Assembly: GCA_015490605.1 (NCBI GenBank)
Contig: WFXL01000005.1
Coordinates: 1-56,964 of the forward strand
Origin: Rhodospirillales bacterium
GTDB lineage: Bacteria; Pseudomonadota; Alphaproteobacteria; Geminicoccales; Geminicoccaceae
Direction of reading: 5' to 3'
DNA: 56,964 nucleotides
The notes under the pieces are model-generated. The model saw only the letters and a program-made list of their open reading frames with translations, was not told where the DNA came from and made no database searches. Below, in pieces: positions 52,347 through 56,964 of the stretch. The translations under genes and the position numbers were made by a program. The number at the start of each line of letters is the position of its first letter. Position 1 is the first letter of the stretch.

Positions 52347-52868
52347 TCACTCCGCCCGGCGGGCTGACACCAGCCCGTCCTCCCCGGGTGGCACGAGGCC
52401 GCGGCGCTGCAGTTCGACGATCAGGCGCGCGCGCACCTGCTGAACGTCAGCGAGCGGGCGTTTGCGGGCGCGGCGGATCTCGTCGACGCTGTAGGGGCGG
52501 AAGTCGGGGGCGAGTTCCTCGGGACTGTAGGTGGCAAGCAGCCAGTTCATGAGCCGCGTGAGGCGCTCATCATCCAGCATCGCCCACACCACACCGGGCA
52601 CCCGGATGAGATAGTCGCGGCCCTCGGGCAGCTGGGTGAAGAGGCCGACGAAGCCCCTAAGCCGGGGGACGCTGCCGAAGGCGCCCATGCCGTCGGCGCG
52701 ATGGCAGCCTTGGCAGTTGCGGGCATAATCCTCCTGCACCGGCGTCACCCGATCCGTTTCAGCAAGGGCGGTGCCGGCAAGCGCCAGGCTCAGCGCGAGC
52801 ACCAGCAGGAGCTTAGGCGCGCCCCACCAGCCCCGCGGTGGTGCAGTGATAGACCATGCTCCGGGCAC
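52347..52868 (-). CDS. Periplasmic monohaem c-type cytochrome; start uncertain
   Basis: It has a signal-like segment KLLLVLALSLALAGTALA and a haem site CQGCH. There is no in-frame ATG. Candidate GTGs at 52922, 52868 and 52802 all lack a good SD. The 5' end overlaps the mauA 3' end. Confidence 0.6.
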   Translation of the reverse strand: MPGAWSITAPPRGWWGAPKLLLVLALSLALAGTALAETDRVTPVQEDYARNCQGCHRADGMGAFGSVPRLRGFVGLFTQLPEGRDYLIRVPGVVWAMLDDERLTRLMNWLLATYSPEELAPDFRPYSVDEIRRARKRPLADVQQVRARLIVELQRRGLVPPGEDGLVSARRAE

Positions 52869-53346
52869 CGAAACACCAGTCGATGTCGTTGGAGAGCTGC
52901 GGGCGGTAGACCGGCATCTCACCCTCGGTGGAGAGGCACGGGCAGCGGCCGCACACGCCCTTGCCGCAGCAGTCGCGGTAGGCGATGAGATAGGTCTGGC
53001 CGTCGTCGGGATTGATGCAGCTCCCCACCCAGGAGGTGGGCGAGGGCTCGGAGCCGGGCGGGCAGGCGTTCACCGCGCCATTGCAGCAGGTGCAGAGATA
53101 GCCGTCCATGGCACAGTAGCGCCAGTAGTTGCAGGCGGTATCGTCCTGGGTCTGGGCCTGTTCGGCGAAGGCCTGGGCGTGGGCGCGCTTCAGCCGGCCG
53201 CTGCGGTCCACCGGCAGCAGCGGCAGCAGTGCCCCGCCCGCCAGCGCCGTGCCCAGCCGGGCGAGAAAGCTTCGGCGTGAGCTCTTCTGGGCGACCCGGC
53301 GGGTGAGGCGCTCCACCACCCGGTCGAACATGCTCGCCTGCGTCAT
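52813..53346 (-). CDS. mauA: TTQ-dependent amine dehydrogenase small (light) subunit, MauA/AauA family
   Basis: It has a Tat-type leader (SRRSFLARLG). The Cys-rich mature part CNYWRYCAMDGYLCTCCNG..CPPGSEPSPTSWVGSC...YLIAYRDCCGK..CGRCPCLSTEGEMPVYRPQLSNDIDWCFGA carries both TTQ tryptophans (SWV and DWC). Confidence 0.9.
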   Translation of the reverse strand: MTQASMFDRVVERLTRRVAQKSSRRSFLARLGTALAGGALLPLLPVDRSGRLKRAHAQAFAEQAQTQDDTACNYWRYCAMDGYLCTCCNGAVNACPPGSEPSPTSWVGSCINPDDGQTYLIAYRDCCGKGVCGRCPCLSTEGEMPVYRPQLSNDIDWCFGARSMVYHCTTAGLVGRA

Positions 53347-53981
53347 CGGCTGTGCCCCCCTGGATCGTCCCCATGCGTGGTCGCCGGCGCCGGCTGGCGC
53401 TCACCGAGATACTGCTGGATGCTCACATAGCCGGTTTCCTTGGCCACCAGCAGGCTCTCGAGGTGTTCGCGCGAATTCACGAGCCCCTTGGAGCGCACGA
53501 TGCCCTGTTCGTCGATGAGGATGGCATAGGGCAGCTTGCCCACCTGAAAGCGCATGCCCACTTCGGGCGCGATCACATAAGGCACCTGCTGCAGCCGGTG
53601 GCGCGCCACCAGCTCCTCCTGGGCACGGCGTTCGCCGTCGCCCACCAGCACCAGGTCGAGATGGCGCCGTTCGTCGCGCACGAAGTCGCGCACGAGCCCG
53701 AGGAGCTTCTTGCATACGGGACAGCTGGGCGAGACGAACAGCAGCATCTGCGCCCGCTCGCGCGCACCGCCGATGGTCACCGGCCGCCCGGCGAGATCGG
53801 TGAGCTCGAAGCGCGGCGCGGCATCCCCCACATCGATGCCGCCCGGCATCATGAGTGCTCCCAGCGGCGCCACCCGCTCGTGCAACACGCCGATCTGGCG
53901 GGCGAGGGCGAGGGTCACCAGCGCCAGCACCACGAAGCCGATCCACAACAGCACCTGGGAGACCAGCAGGGCCTCATTCAC
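53343..53981 (-). CDS. mauD: MauD-like thioredoxin-fold (TlpA-type) accessory protein
   Basis: It has an N-terminal TM segment, a CPVC motif (LLFVSPSCPVCKKL) and a GTGA overlap with mauE. Its stop overlaps the mauA ATG (ATGA). Confidence 0.8.
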   Translation of the reverse strand: MNEALLVSQVLLWIGFVVLALVTLALARQIGVLHERVAPLGALMMPGGIDVGDAAPRFELTDLAGRPVTIGGARERAQMLLFVSPSCPVCKKLLGLVRDFVRDERRHLDLVLVGDGERRAQEELVARHRLQQVPYVIAPEVGMRFQVGKLPYAILIDEQGIVRSKGLVNSREHLESLLVAKETGYVSIQQYLGERQPAPATTHGDDPGGHSR

Positions 53982-54511
53982 CGGCCTTCTCCGGGATGTG
54001 GGAGTTCCAAAAGCGCGCTCAGGGCGGCATAGCCCGCCAGCAGCACGGTGGTGGCGGCGGCCACGGTGAACAGATCGAAGGCCCCCAATGGCCGCGCCGC
54101 CGGCGGCGGCAGCAGCAGCACCCCGCAGGCCCCCACCAGCAGCAGATTGCGCACCACCAGCGACCAGCCGATGCGCTGTCGGGTGAAGCCGACGAAACAG
54201 CCGCAATCGATGGCGGTGCGCCCGCGCAGGATGTTGATGGCCATGGCGGCGGCAAAGACCAGGAGCAGAAGGCCGGCTGTGAGCGCCCCCAGCCGGGCGG
54301 TGGCCGGCAGCAGCAACAGGCCGGCCGTGACCAGCTCGGCCCAGGGCAGCAGCCGCGCGAAGGGGGCCACCAGCGCCGGCGGCAGCAGCCGGTAGTTGGC
54401 GACGATGCCCTCGAAGGCCTCGCGCCGGCGCAGTTTGGCCAGCGCCGCCGTGGCGAACAGCCCTGCCAGCATGAGGCGCAGGGTGAGGGCCAGCACCGGG
54501 TCCACGCTCAT
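53978..54511 (-). CDS. mauE: MauE-like (DoxX-type) membrane accessory protein
   Basis: It has four hydrophobic segments and LRLMLAGLFATAALAKL......IDCGCF. I place the start at ATG 54511. Confidence 0.8.
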   Translation of the reverse strand: MSVDPVLALTLRLMLAGLFATAALAKLRRREAFEGIVANYRLLPPALVAPFARLLPWAELVTAGLLLLPATARLGALTAGLLLLVFAAAMAINILRGRTAIDCGCFVGFTRQRIGWSLVVRNLLLVGACGVLLLPPPAARPLGAFDLFTVAAATTVLLAGYAALSALLELPHPGEGR

Positions 54512-54521
54512 GGCCAGGCCC

Positions 54522-55706
54522 TCATGGTGCGAAGGCATCGAGCAGGAAGGGGGTGACCCCGGCACCCTCGATCCGGCGCTGCACCTCGCCGCTCGCAGGA
54601 TCGAGGATGGTGAGAAGCCCGGTGTCGCTGAGGGCCGCCAGGAGCGGCTCTTCACCCGCGGTCACCAAGAGGCTCACCGCCGGTTCCTCCAGCGGCAGGC
54701 GGGCGATGCGGCGGTTGGCCGCGGGATCCAGCACCCAGACCTCCTCGCCCGGCCACTTGTGGGACCATTTCGGTCCCTTGTGCATCAGCAGATAGAGCCG
54801 GCCGCTTCGGGGGTCGCGGGCGAGCAGCTGCCAGCCGCCCGGCCGCCAGCCCTCGGCTGCATCCTCGGCGCTCACCACCGACCAGGATTCCCGCAGCGCC
54901 GTGCGCCCGTTCTCATCATAGCCCACCTCATAGAGGGTGCCGTCGTAGGAGATGAAATACCACAGGCGGGCGTCGGGATCGCGCGCGGCGTGTTCGAACA
55001 CCGGATCGTTCTCGGCGTCGAAGAAGGGCTCATTGTCCGCCACCCGGGCGCTGCCGTCCTCGGCGAAGGCCACATCCACCAGCGAGCCGTCGGGGCAGAG
55101 CATGGAGAAGCTGCGCGCGCCGGTGGGATAGACCAGCGAGCAGCCGGGGGCTTCGATCTCGCCCACATAGGCGCGCCGCTGCACGTCCACCAGGCTCACG
55201 CTGGTGGCGGGCGAAAGGTTGAAGGAGAGGAGGAAGCGGCCGTCGTCGGAGAGCTGGGCCACGGGCTGTTTGGACACGATCAGGGCACGGCCGCGGGGCA
55301 GGGGAATCTCGGCCAGCACCTCGAGGGTGCGGGCATCGAACACCGTCACCAGATCCTCGCGCCGGCCGCGGGTGCCGTGGGTCCAGTAGGTCTCCACCAC
55401 ATAGACCTCGCGGCGATCAGGCGCCGGCAGCACATTGGGCACATAGCCCGAATGGAGCACACCCAGGAAGTCGCCGCTGAGAACATCGAAGATGTTGACC
55501 CGGGAGGCCACGAGATTGTCGAACGCCACGTCCAGCACGTAGATCCAGGAGGGTGCCGGCGGCGGCAGGGTGCGGGTGGTGAAGGCCTCTTCGGGGACCA
55601 GACGGGCTTCCTCCGGCAACGCTTCAATGTCCTGGGCGGCCCATGCCGAGGACGCCAGCAGCACGAGGGCGGTCGCCGTCGCCAGAATCGGTGCCGAGCG
55701 TCGCAT
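54522..55706 (-). CDS. mauB: Amine dehydrogenase large (heavy) subunit, MauB/AauB family (beta-propeller)
   Basis: It has a signal peptide MRRSAPILATATALVLLASSAWA, then a MauB-like body (..VYV.D......SR..IFD...G.FLG......P....P.DR.EVYV.ETY..........VT.FD..TL). Confidence 0.88.
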   Translation of the reverse strand: MRRSAPILATATALVLLASSAWAAQDIEALPEEARLVPEEAFTTRTLPPPAPSWIYVLDVAFDNLVASRVNIFDVLSGDFLGVLHSGYVPNVLPAPDRREVYVVETYWTHGTRGRREDLVTVFDARTLEVLAEIPLPRGRALIVSKQPVAQLSDDGRFLLSFNLSPATSVSLVDVQRRAYVGEIEAPGCSLVYPTGARSFSMLCPDGSLVDVAFAEDGSARVADNEPFFDAENDPVFEHAARDPDARLWYFISYDGTLYEVGYDENGRTALRESWSVVSAEDAAEGWRPGGWQLLARDPRSGRLYLLMHKGPKWSHKWPGEEVWVLDPAANRRIARLPLEEPAVSLLVTAGEEPLLAALSDTGLLTILDPASGEVQRRIEGAGVTPFLLDAFAP

Positions 55707-55804
55707 GGCCTCCCCTCCCCGATGGACCTGTAGCTTGTGGCGAATCGGGTCTCTTCCTGTTCCCTACCACACGGTCTTCCACCGGTAAAGCATCCTCCCG
55801 GACA

Positions 55805-56964
55805 TCAGCGGGGGAGGGTGAGGATCGCCACAAGCCCGCCCTCGGGGCGGTTGGCGAGGCGCACATCACCACCATGAGCGCGCGCAATGGTCCGGGCGAT
55901 GGCAAGGCCGAGGCCGCTGCCGCCGGTGGCGCGCGAGCGGCTGGTCTCGAGCCGCACGAAGGGCTCGAACACCCGCTCGAGGGAATCCTCGGGAATGCCG
56001 GGCCCCTGATCCTCGATGAGGATGCGGACCTCCCGTGGCTCGACCTCGAGCCGTACACGCGCGCACCCACCATAGCGCAGCGCATTGTCCAGGAGATTGC
56101 GCAGCGCCCGCCGCAGAGCTGTGGCCCGCACCGGCACCACCACCGGTGGCGCACGCTCGAGGGTGATAGCGCCACCGCGATCGGCCAGGTCGTCCACCAG
56201 ACTCTCCAACAGCGCCGCGAGATCGGTGGGCCGTACCGGCTCCTGCGGAGTCTCCGCCCGCAGGAAGGCGAGCGCCGCTTCCACCGTCGCCTCGATCTCA
56301 TCGAGCCCCGCCAGCAGCCGCTGGCGGGTCTCCTCGTCCTCCACCAGCTCGGCCCGCAGCCTGAGCCCCGTGAGGGGTGTGCGCAGGTCATGGCCGATGG
56401 CGGCGAGCACCTGTGCGCGATCCCGCAACAGCCGCTCGAGCCGTTCCTGCATGCGGTTAAAGGCCGCCACCAGCCGGCGCAGCTCGAGCGGACCGCGCTC
56501 CGGCAGCGGCGCCGTCGGCCGACCGCGGCCGAGATCATCGGCGGTTCGGGCCAGCGCCGCGAGCGGCCGGGTCAGGCGTGAGAGCGCGAACCACGCCACC
56601 AGCGCCACCGCCACGCCCACCGCCGCTGCCTGGGCGATGCCATGCAGCGCGAACAAGGCCGGCAGCCGTTCGAAGGCCAGCACCGCATCGAGCCGGAGGC
56701 CATCGCGGTCCAGCGGCAGCGAGATCAGCAGCGCGTGCCGGGCCCGGTCCAGCAGCCGATGGGCATCCACCCAGCCAGGCTCCACCAGTCTCACCGGATC
56801 GGTCCCGAACAGCAGGGCGGCCACCGGATCATCGGCCGTGGGGTCGAACGGCGGGGCCTCGAGTGGATCCGCGAGGGATGAGGCGGGCGGCGGGGTGCGG
56901 GCGAGGCGGGCGGGATCCAGAAGCCGCACCGAGACCTCATCCGGTGAAAGGCGCAGTCTTCGGG
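55805..56964 (-). CDS. Two-component sensor histidine kinase (periplasmic domain-TM2-HAMP-HisKA-HATPase); N-terminus beyond window end
   Basis: It has the H-box AAIGHDLRTPLT, the N-box LRNLLDNALRYG and the G-boxes DQGPGIP and GGSGLGLAI. The frame stays open to position 56964. Confidence 0.85.
   Translation of the reverse strand, partial: RRLRLSPDEVSVRLLDPARLARTPPPASSLADPLEAPPFDPTADDPVAALLFGTDPVRLVEPGWVDAHRLLDRARHALLISLPLDRDGLRLDAVLAFERLPALFALHGIAQAAAVGVAVALVAWFALSRLTRPLAALARTADDLGRGRPTAPLPERGPLELRRLVAAFNRMQERLERLLRDRAQVLAAIGHDLRTPLTGLRLRAELVEDEETRQRLLAGLDEIEATVEAALAFLRAETPQEPVRPTDLAALLESLVDDLADRGGAITLERAPPVVVPVRATALRRALRNLLDNALRYGGCARVRLEVEPREVRILIEDQGPGIPEDSLERVFEPFVRLETSRSRATGGSGLGLAIARTIARAHGGDVRLANRPEGGLVAILTLPR

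Noticed and set aside
48788-52367. ORFs 48788..50482 (-, 564 aa) and 50994..52367 (+, 457 aa)
   Set aside because: They are antisense to qor/CMD/nitroreductase and to icd. They have no motifs.

Overview
High-GC (about 70% by eye) chromosomal segment with alphaproteobacterial hallmarks: an NDUFA12-like gene, plant-type gshA, sigma32-type heat-shock promoters and a clpS-clpA pair. Most of it is densely packed housekeeping or metabolic genes. These include nrdJ, gshA, a thioredoxin/Lon-N/Trm112/DUF971 cluster, ltaE, a polyamine catabolism operon (puuD-puuA-aminotransferase) plus aguB, hsp20, clpSA, htpG, trxB, greA, carAB and icd. A TTQ amine-dehydrogenase cluster (mauB-E-D-A plus a monohaem cytochrome c) sits next to a sensor kinase. 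The many long antisense ORFs in the track are high-GC artefacts. Six things stand out. (1) A 2-kb gap with no credible coding frame lies downstream of an orphan rtcA. It holds an approximately 1.4-kb array of ten or more degenerate ~130-nt tandem repeats built around a GGCATGCC core. (2) Fifteen GAGTC/GACTC (GANTC, the CcrM target) sites are packed into 332 bp. They lie over the promoter and 5' half of a small gene whose C-terminus looks like a DUF2924/RAMA-type DNA-binding module. (3) Four genes of unknown function are translationally coupled (BPL-like, two conserved hypotheticals, one 68-aa protein). (4) A low-GC islet carries a lone SpoT-type HD hydrolase (small alarmone hydrolase). (5) An HTH+PBP regulator is interrupted by an in-frame amber codon and is start/stop-coupled to an RTX serralysin-like protease. 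(6) A decay zone holds a tlyA fragment and a truncated adhesin-like ORF. All calls rest on reading the sequence and ORF translations by eye. No database search was possible.
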